Origin: Octopus sinensis
Taxonomy: Eukaryota
Length of the DNA stretch: 64,000 nucleotides
NCBI RefSeq assembly: GCF_006345805.1
Contig: NC_043014.1
Location: 17,484,001 to 17,548,000, forward strand
Direction: 5' to 3'
Of this stretch, positions 15,001-30,000 are shown one piece after another; within the stretch, counting starts at the first letter, position 1, and each line of letters starts with the position of its first letter. Below the pieces are notes generated by a model that saw only the letters and a list, made by a program, of their open reading frames with translations, did no database searches and was not told where the DNA came from. A program made the translations under genes and the position numbers.

Positions 15001-18000
15001 GCAATACACAGTACGCTGCTGTTACTGCCAATGGGAAGGATTCCGAGTCTGCTGAACTACGGGGACTCTGCAATACACAGTACGCTGCTGTTACTGCCAA
15101 TGGGAAAGATTCCGAGTCTGCTGAACAACGGGGACTCTGCAATACACAGTACGCTGCTGTTACTGCCAATGGGAAAGATTCCGAGTCTGCTGAACAACGG
15201 GGACTCTGCAATACACAGTACGCTGCTGTTACTGCCAATGGAAAGATTCCGAGTCTGCTGAACAACGGGGACTCTGCAATACACAGTACGCTGCTGTTAC
15301 TGCCAATGGGAAAGATTCCGAGTCTGCTGAACAACGGGGACTCTGCAATACACAGGACGCTGCTGTTACTGCCAATGGGAAAGATTCCGAGTCTGCTGAA
15401 CAACGGGGACTCTGCAATCACAGTACGCTGCTGTTACTGCCAAAGTAAAAGATTCCGAGTCTGCTGAACAAGGGGACTCTACAATACACAGTACGCTGCT
15501 GTTACTGCCAATGGGAAAGATTCCGAGTCTGCTGAACAACGGGGACTCTGCAATACACAGTACGCTGCTGTTACTGCCAATGAGAAAGATTCCGAGTCTG
15601 CTGAACAACGGGACTCTGCAATACACAGTACGCTGCTGTTACTGCCAATGGCAAAGATTCCGAGTCTGCTGAACAACGGGGACTCTGCAAACACAGTACG
15701 CTGCTGTTACTGCCAAGCTAAAGATTCCGAGTCTGCTGAACAACGGGGACTCTGCAATACACAGTACGCTGCTGTTACTGCCAATGGCAAAGATTCCGAG
15801 TCTGCTGAACAACGGGGACTCTGCAATACACAGTACGCTGCTGTTACTGCCAAGCTAAAGATTCCGAGTCTGCTGAACAACGGGGACTCTGCAAAACACA
15901 GTACGCTGCTGTTACTGCCAATGGAAAGATTCCGAGTCTGCTGAACAACGGGGACTCTGCAATACACAGTACGCTGCTGTTACTGCCAAAGTGAAAGATT
16001 CCGAGTCTGCTGAACAACGGGGACTCTGCAATACACAGTACGCTGCTGTTACTGCCAAATGAAAGATTCCGAGTCTGCTGAACAACGGGGACTCTGCAAT
16101 ACACAGTACGCTGCTGTTACTGCCAATGGGAAAGATTCCGAGTCTGCTGAACAACGGGGACTCTGCAATACACAGTACGCTGCTGTTACTGCCAATGGGA
16201 AAGATCCGAGTCTGCTGAACAACGGGGACTCTACAATACACAGTACGCTGCTGTTACTGCCAATGGGAAAGATTCCGATTCTGCTGAACAACGGGGACTC
16301 TGCAATACACAGTACGCTGCTGTTACTGCCAATGGGAAAGATTCCGATTCTGCTGAACAACGGGGACTCTGCAATACACAGTACGCTGCTGTTACTGCCA
16401 ATGGGAAAGATTCCGAGTCTGCTGAACAACGGGGACTCTGCAATACACAGTACGCTGCTGATACTGCCAAATCGAAAGATTCCGAGTCTGCTGAACAACG
16501 GGGACTCTGCAATACACTGAACGCTGCTGTTACTGCCAAAGTGAAAGATTCCGAGTCTGCTGAACAACGGGGACTCTGCAATACACAGTACGCTGCTGTT
16601 ACTGCCAAATTGAAAGATTCCGAGTCTGCTGAACAACGGGGACTCTGCAATACACAGTACGCTGCTGTTACTGCCAATGGGAAAGATTCCGAGTCTGCTG
16701 AACAACGGGGACTCTGCAATACACAGTACGCTGCTGTTACTGCCAATAGGAAAGATTCCGAGTCTGCTGAACAACGGGGACTCTGCAATACACAGTACGC
16801 TGCTGTTACTGCCAATGCGAAAGATTCCGAGTCTGCTGAACAACGGGGACTCTGCAATACACAGTACGCTGCTGTTACTGCCAAGCGAAAGATTCCGAGT
16901 CTGCTGAACAACGGGGACTCTGCAATACACAGTACGCTGCTGTTACTGCCAAAGTAAAAGATTCCGAGTCTGCTGAACAATGGGGACTCTACAATACACA
17001 GTACGCTGCTGTTACTGCCAATGGTAAAGATTCCGAGTCTGCTGAACAACGGGGACTCTGCAATACACAGTACGCTGCTGTTACTGCCAAATTGAAAGAT
17101 TCCGAGTCTGCTGAACAACGGGGACTCTGCAATACACAGTACGCTGCTGTTACTGCCAAAGTAAAAGATTCAGAGTCTGCTCAACAACGGGGACTCTGCA
17201 ATACACAGTACGCTGCTGTTACTGCCAATGGGAAAGATTCCGAGTCTGCTGAACAACGGGGACTCTGCAATACACAGTACGCTGCTGTTACTGCCAAAGT
17301 GAAAGATTCCGAGTCTGCTGAACAACGGGGACTCTGCAATACACAGTACGCTGCTGTTACTGCCAATGGGAAAGATTCCGAGTCTGCTGAACAACGGGGA
17401 CTCTGCAATACACAGTACGCTGCTGTTACTGCCAATGGGAAAGATTCCGAGTCTGCTGAACAACGGGGACTCTGCAATACACAGTACGCTGCTGTTACTG
17501 CCAATGGGAAAGATTCCGAGTCTGCTGAACAACGGGGACTCTGCAATACACAGTACGCTGCTGTTACTGCCAATGGGAAAGATTCCGAGTCTGCTGAACA
17601 ACGGGGACTCTGCAATACACAGTACGCTGCTGTTACTGCCAATGGGAAAGATTCCGAGTCTGCTGAACAACAGGGACTCTGCAATACACAGTACGCTGCT
17701 GTTACTGACAAAGTAAAAGATTCCGAGTCTGCTGAACAACGGGGACTCTACAATACACAGTACGCTGCTGTTACTGCCAATGGGAAAGATTCCGAGTCTG
17801 CTGAACAACGGGGACTCTGCAATACACAGTACGCTGCTGTTACTGCCAATGAAAGATTCCGAGTCTGCTGAACATCGGGGACTCTGCAATACACAGTACG
17901 CTGCTGTTACTGCCAATGGCAAAGATTCCGAGTCTGCTGAACAACGGGGACTCTGCAAACACAGTACGCTGCTGTTACTGCCAAGCTAAAGATTCCGAGT

Positions 18001-21000
18001 CTGCTGAACAACGGGGACTCTGCAATACACAGTACGCTGCTGTTACTGCCAATGGCAAAGATTCCGAGTCTGCTGAACAACGGGGACTCTGCAATACACA
18101 GTACGCTGCTGTTACTGCCAAGCTAAAGATTCCGAGTCTGCTGAACACGGGGACTCTGCAATACACAGTACGCTGCTGTTACTGCCAATGGAAAGATTCC
18201 GAGTCTGCTGAACAACGGGGACTCTGCAATACACAGTACGCTGCTGTTACTGCCAAAGTGAAAGATTCCGAGTCTGCTGAACAACGGGGACTTGCAATAC
18301 ACAGTACGCTGCTGTTACTGCCAAATGAAAGATTCCGAGTCTGCTGAACAACGGGGACTCTGCAATACACAGTACGCTGCTGTTACTGCCAAAGTGAAAG
18401 ATTCCGAGTCTGCTGAACAACGGGGACTCTGCAATACACAGTACGCTGCTGTTACTGCCAATTGAAAGATTCCGAGTCTGCTGAACAACGGGGACTCTGA
18501 AATACACAGTACGCTGCTGTTACTGCCAATGGGAAAGATTCCGAGTCTGCTGAACAACGGGGACTCTGCAATACACAGTACGCTGCTGTTACTGCCAATG
18601 GGAAAGATTCCGAGTCTGCTGAACAACGGGGACTCTACAATACACAGTACGCTGCTGTTACTGCCAATGCGAAACTTCCGAGTCTGCTGAACAACGGGGA
18701 CTCTGCAATACACAGTACGCTGCTGTTACTGCCAAAGCGAAAGATTCCGAGTCTGCTGAACAACGGGGACTCTGCAATACACAGTACGCTGCTGTTACTG
18801 CAAAAGTAAAAGATTCCGAGTCTGCTGAACAACGGGGACTCTACAATACACAGTACGCTGCTGTTACTGCCAATGGGAAAGATTCCGAGTCTGCTGAACA
18901 ACGGGGACTCTGCAAAACACAGTACGCTGCTGTTACTGCCAATGGGAAAGATTCCGAGTCTGCTGAACAACGGGGACTCTGCAATACACAGTACGCTGCT
19001 TTTACTGCCAATGGGAAAGATTCCGAGTCTGCTGAACAACGGGGACTCTGCAAAACACAGTACGCTGCTGTTACTGCCAAGTAAAGATTCTGAGTCTGCT
19101 GAACAATGGGGACTCTGCAATACACAGTACGCTGCTGTTACTGCCCAAGTGAAAGACTCCGAGTCTGCTGAACAACGGGGTCTGCAATACACAGTACGCT
19201 GCTGTTACTGCCAAATTGAAAGATTCCGAGTCTGCTGAACAACGGGGACTCTGCAATACACAGTACGCTGCTGTTACTGCCAACTTGAATGATTCTGAGT
19301 CTGCTGAACAACGGGGACTCTGCAATACACAGAACGCTGCTGTTACTGCCAAATTGAAAGATTCCGATTCTGCTGAAAAACGGGGACTCTGCAAAACACA
19401 GTACGCTGCTGTTACTGCCAAAGTAAAAGATTCTGAGTCTGCTGAACAACGGGGACTCTGCAATACACAGTACGCTGCTGTTACTGCCAATGGGAAAGTT
19501 CCGAGTCTGCTGAACAACGGGGACTCTGCAATACACAGTACGCTGCTGTTACTGCCAAAGTGAAAGATTCCGAGTCTGCTGAACAACGGGGACTCTGCAA
19601 TACACAGTACGCTGCTGTTACTGCCAATGGGAAAGATTCCGAGTCTGCTGAACAACGGGGACTCTGCAATACACAGTACGCTGCTGTTACTGCCAAGGAA
19701 AGATTCCGAGTCTGCTGAACAACGGGGACTCTACAATACACAGTACGCTGCTGTTACTGCCAATGGGAAAGATTCCGAGTCTGCTGAACAACGGGGACTC
19801 TGCAATACACAGTACGCTGCTGTTACTGCCAATGGAAAGATTCCGAGTCTGCTGAATAACGGGGACTCTGCAATACACAGGACGCTGCTGTTACTGCCAA
19901 TGGGAAAGATTCCGAGTCTGCTGAACAACGGGGACTCTGCAATACACAGTACGCTGCTGTTACTGCCAATGGCAAAGATTCCGAGTCTGCTGAACAACGG
20001 GGACTCTGCAAACACAGTACGCTGCTGTTACTGCCAAAGTAAACGATTCGAGTCTGCTGAACAATGGGGACTCTGCAATACACAGTACGCTGCTGTTACT
20101 GCCAAAGTGAAAGATTCCGAGTCTGCTGAACAACGGGGACTCTGCAATACACAGTACGCTGCTGTTACTGCCAAATTGAAAGATTCCGAGTCTGCTGAAC
20201 AACGGGGACTCTGCAATACACAGTACGCTGCTGTTACTGCCAACTTGAATGATTCGAGTCTGCTGAACAACGGGGACTCTGCAATACACAGTACGCTGCT
20301 GTTACTGCCAATGGGAAAGATTCCGAGTCTGCTGAACAACGGGGACTCTGCAATACACATTACGCTGCTGTTACTGCCAAATTGAAAGATTCCAAGTCTG
20401 CTGAACAACGGGGACTCTGAAATACACAGTACGCTGCTGTTACTGCCAATGGGAAAGATTCCGAGTCTGCTGAACAACGGGGACTCTGCAATACACAGTA
20501 CGCTGCTGATACTGCCAAATCGAAAGATTCCGAGTCTGCTGAACAACGGGGACTCTGCAATACACAGTACGTTGCTGTTACTGCCAAAGCAAAAGATTCC
20601 GAGTCTGCTGAACAACGGGGACTCTGCAATATACAGTACGCTGCTGTTACTGCCAATGGAAAGATTCCGAGTCTGCTGAACAACGGGGACACTGCAATAC
20701 ACAGTACGCTGCTGTTACTGCCAAAGTGAAAGATTCCGAGTCTGCTGAACAACGGGGACTCTGCAATACACTGAACGCTGCTGTTACTGCCAAAGTGAAA
20801 GATTCCGAGTCTGCTGAACAACGGGGACTCTGCAATACACAGTACGCTGCTGTTACTGCCAATGGGAAAGATTCCGAGTCTGCTGAACAACGGGGACTCT
20901 GCAATACACAGTACGCTGCTGTTACTGCCAATGGAAAGATTCCGAGTCTGCTGAACAACGGGGACACTGCAATACACAGTACGCTGCTGATACTGCCGAA

Positions 21001-24000
21001 TCGAAAGATTCCGAGTCTGCTGAACGACGGGGACTCTGCAATACACAGTACGCTGCTGTTACTGCCAAAGCAAAAGATTCCGAGTCTGCTGAACAACGGG
21101 GACTCTGCAATACACAGTACGCTGCTGTTACTGCCAATGGGAAAGATTCCGAGTCTGCTGAACAACGGGGACTCTGCAATACACAGTACGCTGCTGTTAC
21201 TGCCAATGGGAAAGATTCCGAGTCTGCTGAACAACGGGGACTCTGCAATACACAGTACGCTGCTGTTACTGCCAATGGGAAAGATTCCGAGTCTGCTGAA
21301 CAACGGGGACACTGCAATACACAGTACGCTGCTGATACTGCCGAATCGAAAGATTCCGAGTCTGCTGAACGACGGGGACTCTGCAATACACAGTACGCTG
21401 CTGTTACTGCCGAAGCTAAAGATTCCGAGTCTGCTGAACAACGGGGACTCTGCAAAACACAGTACGCTGCTGTTACTGCCGAAGCTAAAGATTCCGAGTC
21501 TGCTGAACAACGGGGACACTGCAATACACAGTACGCTGCTGTTACTGCCAATGGCAAAGATTCCGAGTCTGCTGAACAACGGGGACTCTGCAATACACAG
21601 TACGCTGCTGTTACTGCCGAAGCTAAAGATTCCGAGTCTGCTGAACATCGGGGACTCTGCAAAACACAGTACGCTGCTGTTACTGCCAATGGCAAAGATT
21701 CCGAGTCTGCTGAACAACGGGGACTCTGCAATACACAGTACGCTGCTGTTACTGCCAAAGTGAAAGACTCCGAGTCTGCTGAACAACGGGGACTCTGCAA
21801 TACACAGTACGCTGCTGTTACTGCCAAATTGAAAGATTCCGAGTCTGCTGAACAACGGGGACTCTGCAATACACAGTACGCTGCTGTTACTGCCAAAGTG
21901 AAAGATTCCGAGTCTGCTGAACAACGGGGACTCTGCAATACACATTACGCTGCTGTTACTGCCAAATTGAAAGATTCCAAGTCTGCTGAACAACGGGGAC
22001 TCTGAAATACACAGTACGCTGCTGTTACTGCCAATGGGAAAGATTCCGAGTCTGCTGAACAACGGGGACTCTGCAATACACAGTACGCTGCTGTTACTGC
22101 CAACTTGAAAGATTCCGAGTCTGCTGAACAACGGGGACTCTACAATACACAGTACGCTGCTGTTACTGCCAATGCGAAACTTTCCGATTCTGCTGAACAA
22201 CGGGGACTCTGCAATACACAGTACGCTGCTGTTACTGCCAAAGCGAAAGATTCCGAGTCTGCTGAACAACGGGGACTCTGCAATAGACAGTACGCTGCTG
22301 TTACTGCAAAAGTAAAAGATTCCGAGTCTGCTGAACAATGGGGACTCTACAATACACAGTACGCTGCTGTTACTGCCAATGGGAAAGATTCCGAGTCTGC
22401 TGAACAACGGGGACTCTGCAAAACACAGTACGCTGAGGTTACTGCCAATGGGAAAGATTCCGAGTCTGCTGAACAACGGGGACTCTGCAATACACAGTAC
22501 GCTGCTTTTACTGCCAATGGGAAAGATTCCGAGTCTGCTGAACAACGGGGACTCTGCAAACACAGTACGCTGCTGTTACTGCCAAAGTAAAAGATTCTGA
22601 GTCTGCTGAACAATGGGACTCTGCAATACACAGTACGCTGCTGTTACTGCCCAAGTGAAAGATTCCGAGTCTGCTGAACAACGGGGCTCTGCAATACACA
22701 GTACGCTGCTGTTACTGCCAAATTGAAAGATTCCGAGTCTGCTGAACAACGGGGACTCTGCAATACACAGTACGCTACTGTTACTGCCAACTTGAATGAT
22801 TCTGAGTCTGCTGAACAACGGGGACTCTGCAATACACAGAACGCTGCTGTTACTGCCAAATTGAAAGATTCCGAGTCTGCTGAAAAACGGGGACTCTGCA
22901 AAACACAGTACGCTGCTGTTACTGCCAAAGTAAAAGATTCTGAGTCTGCTGAACAATGGGGACTCTGCAATACACAGTACGCTGCTGTTACTGCCAATGG
23001 GAAAGGTTCTGAGTCTGCTGAACAACGGGGACTCTGCAATACACAGTACGCTGCTGTTACTGCCAAAGTGAAAGATTCCGAGTCTGCTGAACAACGGGGA
23101 CTCTGCAATACACAGTACGCTGCTGTTACTGCCAATGGGAAAGATTCCGAGTCTGCTGAACAACGGGGACTCTGCAATACACAGTACGCTGCTGTTACTG
23201 CCAATGGGAAAGATTCCGTGTCTGCTGAACAACGGGGACTCTACAATACACAGTACGCTGCTGTTACTGCCAATGGGAAAGATTCCGTGTCTGCTGAACA
23301 ACGGGGACTCTGCAATACACAGTACGCTGCTGTTACTGCCAATGGGAAAGATTCCGAGTCTGCTGAATAACGGGGACTCTGCAATACAAAGGACGCTGCT
23401 GTTACTGCCAATGGGAAAGATTCCGAGTCTGCTGAACATCGGGGACTCTGCAATACACAGTACGCTGCTGTTACTGCCAATGGCAAAGATTCCGAGTCTG
23501 CTGAACAACGGGGACTCTGCAAAACACAGTACGCTGCTGTTACTGCCAAAGTAAACGATTCTGAGTCTGCTGAACAATGGGGACTCTGCAATACACAGTA
23601 CGCTGCTGTTACTGCCAAAGTGAAAGACTCCGAGTCTGCTGAACAACGGGGACTCTGCAATACACAGTACGCTGCTGTTACTGCCAAATTGAAAGATTCC
23701 GAGTCTGCTGAACAACGGGGACTCTGCAATACACAGTACGCTACTGTTACTGCCAACTTGAATGATTCAGAGTCTGCTGAACAACGGGGACTCTGCAATA
23801 CACAGTACGCTGCTGTTACTGCCAATGGGAAAGATTCCGAGTCTGCTGAACAACGGGGACTCTGCAATACACATTACGCTGCTGTTACTGCCAAATTGAA
23901 AGATTCCAAGTCTGCTGAACAACGGGGACTCTGAAATACACAGTACGCTGCTGTTACTGCCAATGGGAAAGATTCCGAGTCTGCTGAACAACGGGGACTC

Positions 24001-27000
24001 TGCAATACACAGTACGCTGCTGATACTGCCAAATCGAAAGATTCCGAGTCTGCTGAACAACGGGGACTCTGCAATACACAGTACGTTGCTGTTACTGCCA
24101 AAGCAAAAGATTCCGAGTCTGCTGAACAACGGGGACTCTGCAATATACAGTACGCTGCTGTTACTGCCAATGGGAAAGATTCCGAGTCTGCTGAACAACG
24201 GGGACACTGCAATACACAGTACGCTGCTGTTACTGCCAAAGTGAAAGATTCCGAGTCTGCTGAACAACGGGGACTCTGCAATACACTGAACGCTGCTGTT
24301 ACTGCCAAAGTGAAAGATTCCGAGTCTGCTGAACAACGGGGACTCTGCAATACACAGTACGCTGCTGTTACTGCCAATGGGAAAGATTCCGAGTCTGCTG
24401 AACAACGGGGACACTGCAATACACAGTACGCTGCTGATACTGCCGAATCGAAAGATTCCGAGTCTGCTGAACGACGGGGACTCTGCAATACACAGTACGT
24501 TGCTGTTACTGCCAAAGCAAAAGATTCCGAGTCTGCTGAACAACGGGGACTCTGCAATATACAGTACGCTGCTGTTACTGCCAATGGGAAAGATTCCGAG
24601 TCTGCTGAACAACGGGGACTCTGCAATACACAGTACGCTGCTGTTACTGCCAAAGTGAAAGATTCCGAGTCTGCTGAACAACGGGGACTCTGCAATACAC
24701 TGAACGCTGCTGTTACTGCCAAAGTGAAAGATTCCGAGTCTGCTGAACAACGGGGACTCTGCAATACACAGTACGCTGCTGTTACTGCCAAATTGAAAGA
24801 TTCCGAGTCTGCTGAACATCGGGGACTCTGCAATACACAGTACGCTGCTGTTACTGCCAATGGGAAAGATTCCGAGTCTGCTGAACAACGGGGACTCTGC
24901 AATACACAGTACGCTGCTGTTACTGCCAATGGGAAAGATTCCGAGTCTGCTGAACAACGGGGATTCTGCAATACACAGTACGCTGCTGTTACTGCCAATG
25001 CGAAACTTTCCGATTCTGCTGAACAACGGGGACTCTGCAATACACAGTACGCTGCTGTTACTGCCAAAGCGAAAGATTCCGAGTCTGCTGAACAACGGGG
25101 ACTCTGCAATAGACATTACGCTGCTGTTACTGCAAAAGTAAAAGATTCCGAGTCTGCTGAACAATGGGGACTCTACAATACACAGTACGCTGCTGTTACT
25201 GCCAATGGGAAAGATTCCGAGTCTGCTGAACAACGGGGACTCTGCAATACACAGTACGCTGCTGTTACTGCCAATGGGAAAGATTCCGAGTCTGCTGAAC
25301 AACGGGGACTCTGCAATACACAGTACGCTGCTGTTACTGCCAATGGGAAAGATTCCGAGTCTGCTGAACAACGGGGACTCTGCAAAACACAGTACGCTGC
25401 TGTTACTGCCAAAGTAAAAGATTCTGAGTCTGCTGAACAATGGGGACTCTGCAATACACAGTACGCTGCTGTTACTGCCAAAGTGAAAGACTCCGAGTCT
25501 GCTGAACAACGGGGACTCTGCAATACACAGTACGCTGCTGTTACTGCCAAATTGAAAGATTCCGAGTCTGCTGAACAACGGGGACTCTGCAATACACAGT
25601 ACGCTACTGTTACTGCCAACTTGAATGATTCTGAGTCTGCTGAACAACGGGGACTCTGCAATACACAGAACGCTGCTGTTACTGCCAAATTGAAAGATTC
25701 CGAGTCTGCTGAACAACGGGGACTCTGCAAAACACAGTACGCTGCTGTTACTGCCAAAGTAAAAGATTCTGAGTCTGCTGAACAATGGGGACTCTGCAAT
25801 ACACAGTACGCTGCTGTTACTGCCAATGGGAAATTTTCTGAGTCTGCTGAACAACGGGGACTCTGCAATACACAGTACGCTGCTGTTACTGCCAAAGTGA
25901 AAGATTCCGAGTCTGCTGAACAACGGGGACTCTGCAATACACAGTACGCTGCTGTTACTGCCAATGGGAAAGATTCCGAGTCTGCTGAATAACGGGGACT
26001 CTGCAATACAAAGGACGCTGCTGTTACTGCCAATGGGAATGATTCCAATTCTGCTGAACAACGGGGACTCTGCAATTCACAGTACGCTGCTGTTACTGCA
26101 AAAGTAAAAGATTCCGAGTCTGCTGAACAATGGGGACTCTACAATACACAGTACGCTGCTGTTACTGCCAATGGGAAAGATTCCGAGTCTGCTGAACAAC
26201 GGGGACTCTGCAATACACAGTACGCTGCTGTAACTGCCAATGAGAAAGATTCCGAGTCTGCTGAACATCGGGGACTCTGCAATACACAGTACGCTGCTGT
26301 TACTGCCAATGAGAAAGATTCCGAGTCTGCTGAACATCGGGGACTCTGCAATACACAGTACGCTGCTGTTACTGCCAATGGCAAAGATTCCGAGTCTGCT
26401 GAACAACGGGGACTCTGCAATACACAGTACGCAGCTGTTACCGCAGACTTGAAAGATTCCGAGTCTGCTGAACAACGGGGACTCTGTAATACACAGTACG
26501 CTGCTGTTACTGCCAATGCGAAAGATTCCGAGTCTGCTGAACAACGGGGACTCTGTAATACACAGTACGCTGCTGTTACTGCCAAAGCGAAAGATTCCGT
26601 GTCTGTTGAAAAACGGGGACTCTGCAATGCAGAGTACGCTGCTGTTACTGCCAAAGCTAAAGATTCCGAGTCTGCTGAACAACGGCAACTCTGCAATACA
26701 CAGTACGCTGCTGTTACTGCCAATGGGAAAGATTCCGAGTCTGCTGAACAACGGGGACTCTGCAATACACAGTACGCTGCTGTTACAGCCAATGGGAAAG
26801 ATTCCGATTCTGCTGAACAACGGGGACTCTGTAATACAGAGTACGCTGCTGTTACTGCCAACTAGAAAGATTCCGAGTCTGCTGAACAACGGGGACTCTG
26901 CAACACAGATTACGCTGCTGTTACTGCCAAAGTAAAAGATTCCGAGGCTGCTGAACAACGGGGATTCTGCAATACACAGTACGCTGCTGTTACTGCCAAA

Positions 27001-30000
27001 GTGAAATATTCCGAGTCTGCTGAACAACGGGGATTCTGCAATACAGAGTACGCTGCTGTTACTGCCAAAGTGAAAGATTCCGAGTCTGCTGAACAACGGG
27101 GACTCTGCAATACACAGTACGCTGCTGTTACCGCCAACTTGAAAGATTCCGAGTCTGCTGAACAACGGGCACTCTGCAATATACAGTACGCTGCTGTTAC
27201 TGCCAAAGTAAAAGATTCCGAGTCTGCTGAACAACGGGGACTCTGCAATACACAGTACGCTGCTGTTACTGCCAAAGCGAAAGATTCCGAGTCTGCTGAA
27301 CAACGGGGACTCTGCAATATACAGTACGCTGCTGTTACTGCCAATGGGAAAGATTCCGAGTCTGCTGAACAACGGGGACTCTGCAATACACAGTACGCTG
27401 CTGTTACTGCCAAAGCGAAAGATTCCGAGTCTGCTGAACAACGGGGACTCTGCAATACACAGTACGCTGCTGTTACTGCCAATGGGAAAGATTCCGAGTG
27501 TGCTGAACAACGGGGACACTGCAATACACAGTACGCTGCTGTTACTGCCAAAGTGAAAGATTCCGAGTCTGCTGAACAACGGGGACTCTGCAATACACTG
27601 AACGCTGCTGATACTGCCAAAGTGAAAGATTCCGAGTCTGCTGAACAACGGGGACTCTGCAATACACAGTTCGCTGCTGTTACTGCCAAATTGAAAGATT
27701 CCGAGTCTGCTGAACAACAGGGACTCTGCAATACAGAGTACGCTGCTGTTACTGCCAATGGGAAAGATTCCAAGTCTGCTGAACAACGGGGACTCTGCAA
27801 TACACAGTACGCTGCTGTTACTGCCAATGGGAAAGATTCCGAGTCTGCTGAACAACGGGGACTCTGCAATACACAGTACGCTGCTGTTACTGCCAATGCG
27901 AAACTTTCCGAGTCTGCTGAACAACGGGGACTCTGCAATACACAGTACGCTGCTGTTACTGCCAAAGCGAAAGATTCCGAGTCTGCTGAACAACGGGGAC
28001 TCTGCAATACACAGTACGCTGCTGTTACTGCAAAAGTAAAAGATTCCGAGTCTGCTGAACAATGGGGACTCTACAATACACAGTACGCTGCTGTTACTGC
28101 CAAAGCGAAAGATTCCGAGTCTGCTGAACAACGGGGACTCTGCAATACACAGTACGCTGCTGTTACTGCAAAAGTAAAAGATTCCGAGTCTGCTGAACAA
28201 TGGGGACTCTACAATACACAGTACGCTGCTGTTACTGCCAATGGGAAAGATTCCGAGTCTGCTGAACAACGGGGACTCTGCAATACACAGTACGCTGCTG
28301 TTACTGCCAATGGGAAAGATTCCGAGTCTGCTGAACAACGGGTACTCTGCAATACACAGTACGCTGCTGTTACTGCCAATGGGAAAGATTCCGAGTCTGC
28401 AGAACAACGGGGACTCTGCAAAACACAGTACGCTGCTGTTACTGCCAAAGTAAAAGATTCTGAGTCTGCTGAACAATGGGGACTCTGCAATACACAGTAC
28501 GCTGCTGTTACTGCCAAAGTGAAAGACTCCGAGTCTGCTGAACAACGGGGACTCTGCAATACACAGTACGCTGCTGTTACTGCCAAATTGAAAGATTCCG
28601 AGTCTGCTGAACAACGGGGACTCTGCAATACACAGAACGCTGCTGTTACTGCCAATGGGAAAGATTCCGAGTCTGCTGAACAACGGGGACTCTGCAATAC
28701 ACAGTACGCTGCTGTTACTGCCAAAGCGAAAGATTCCGAGTCTGCTGAACAACGGGGACTCTGCAATACACAGTACGCTGCTGTTACTGCCAAAGTAAAA
28801 GATTCCGAGTCTGCTGAACAACGGGGACACTGCAATACACAGTAAACTGCTGTTACTGCCAAAGTAAAAGATTCCGAGTCTGCTGAACAACGGGGACTCT
28901 GCAATACACAGTACGCTGCTGTTACTACCAAAGCGAAAGATTCCGAGTCTGCTGAACAACGGGGACTCTGCAATACACAGTACGCTGCTGTTACTGCCAA
29001 TAGGAAAGATTCCGTTTCTGCTGAACAGCGGGGACTCTGCAATACACAGTACGCTGCTGTTACTGCCAATGGGAAAGATTCCGAGTCTGCTGAACAACGG
29101 GGACTCTGCAATTCACAGTACGCTGCTGTTACTGCAAAAGTAAAAGATTCCGAGTCTGCTGAACAATGGGGACTCTACAATACACAGTACGCTGCTGTTA
29201 CTGCCAATGGGAAAGATTCCGAGTCTGCTGAACAACGGGGACTCTGCAATACACAGTACGCTGCTGTTACTGCCAAATTGAAAGATTCCGAGTCTGCTGA
29301 ACAACGGGGACTCTGCAATACACAGTACGCTACTGTTACTGCCAACTTGAATGATTCTGAGTCTGCTGAACAACGGGGACTCTGCAATACACAGAACGCT
29401 GCTGTTACTGCCAAATTGAAAGATTCCGAGTCTGCTGAACAACGGGGACTCTGCAATACACAGTACGCTGCTGTTACTGCCAATGGGAAAGATTCCGAGT
29501 CTGCTGAACAACGGGGACTCTGCAATACACAGAACGCTGCTGTTACTGCCAAAGCGAAAGATTCCGAGTCTGCTGAACAACGGGGATTCTGCAATACACA
29601 GTACGCTGCTGTTACTGCAAAAGTAAAAGATTCCGAGTCTGCTGAACAACGGGGATTCTGCAATACACAGTACGCTGCTGTTACTGCCAAAGCAAAAGAT
29701 TCCGAGTCTGATGAACAACGGGGACTCTGGAATACACAGTACGTTGCTGTTACTGCCAAATTGAAAGATTCCGAGTCTGCTGAACAACGGGGACTCTGCA
29801 ATACATAGTACGCTGCTGTTACTGCCAACTTGAAATATTCTGAGTCTGCTGAACAACGGGGACTCTGCAATACACAGTACGTTGCTGTTACTGCCAATGG
29901 GAAAGATTCCGAGTCTGTTGAACAACGGGGACTCTGCAACACATAGTACGCTGCTGTTACTGCCAATGGGAAAGATTCCGTGTCTGCTGAACAACGGGGA

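Noticed and set aside
1-20700. 67-68-bp monomers as a distinct satellite subfamily
   Set aside because: Losses are scattered single bases, mostly in homopolymer runs, and fade after ~21 kb. This pattern fits long-read consensus error.
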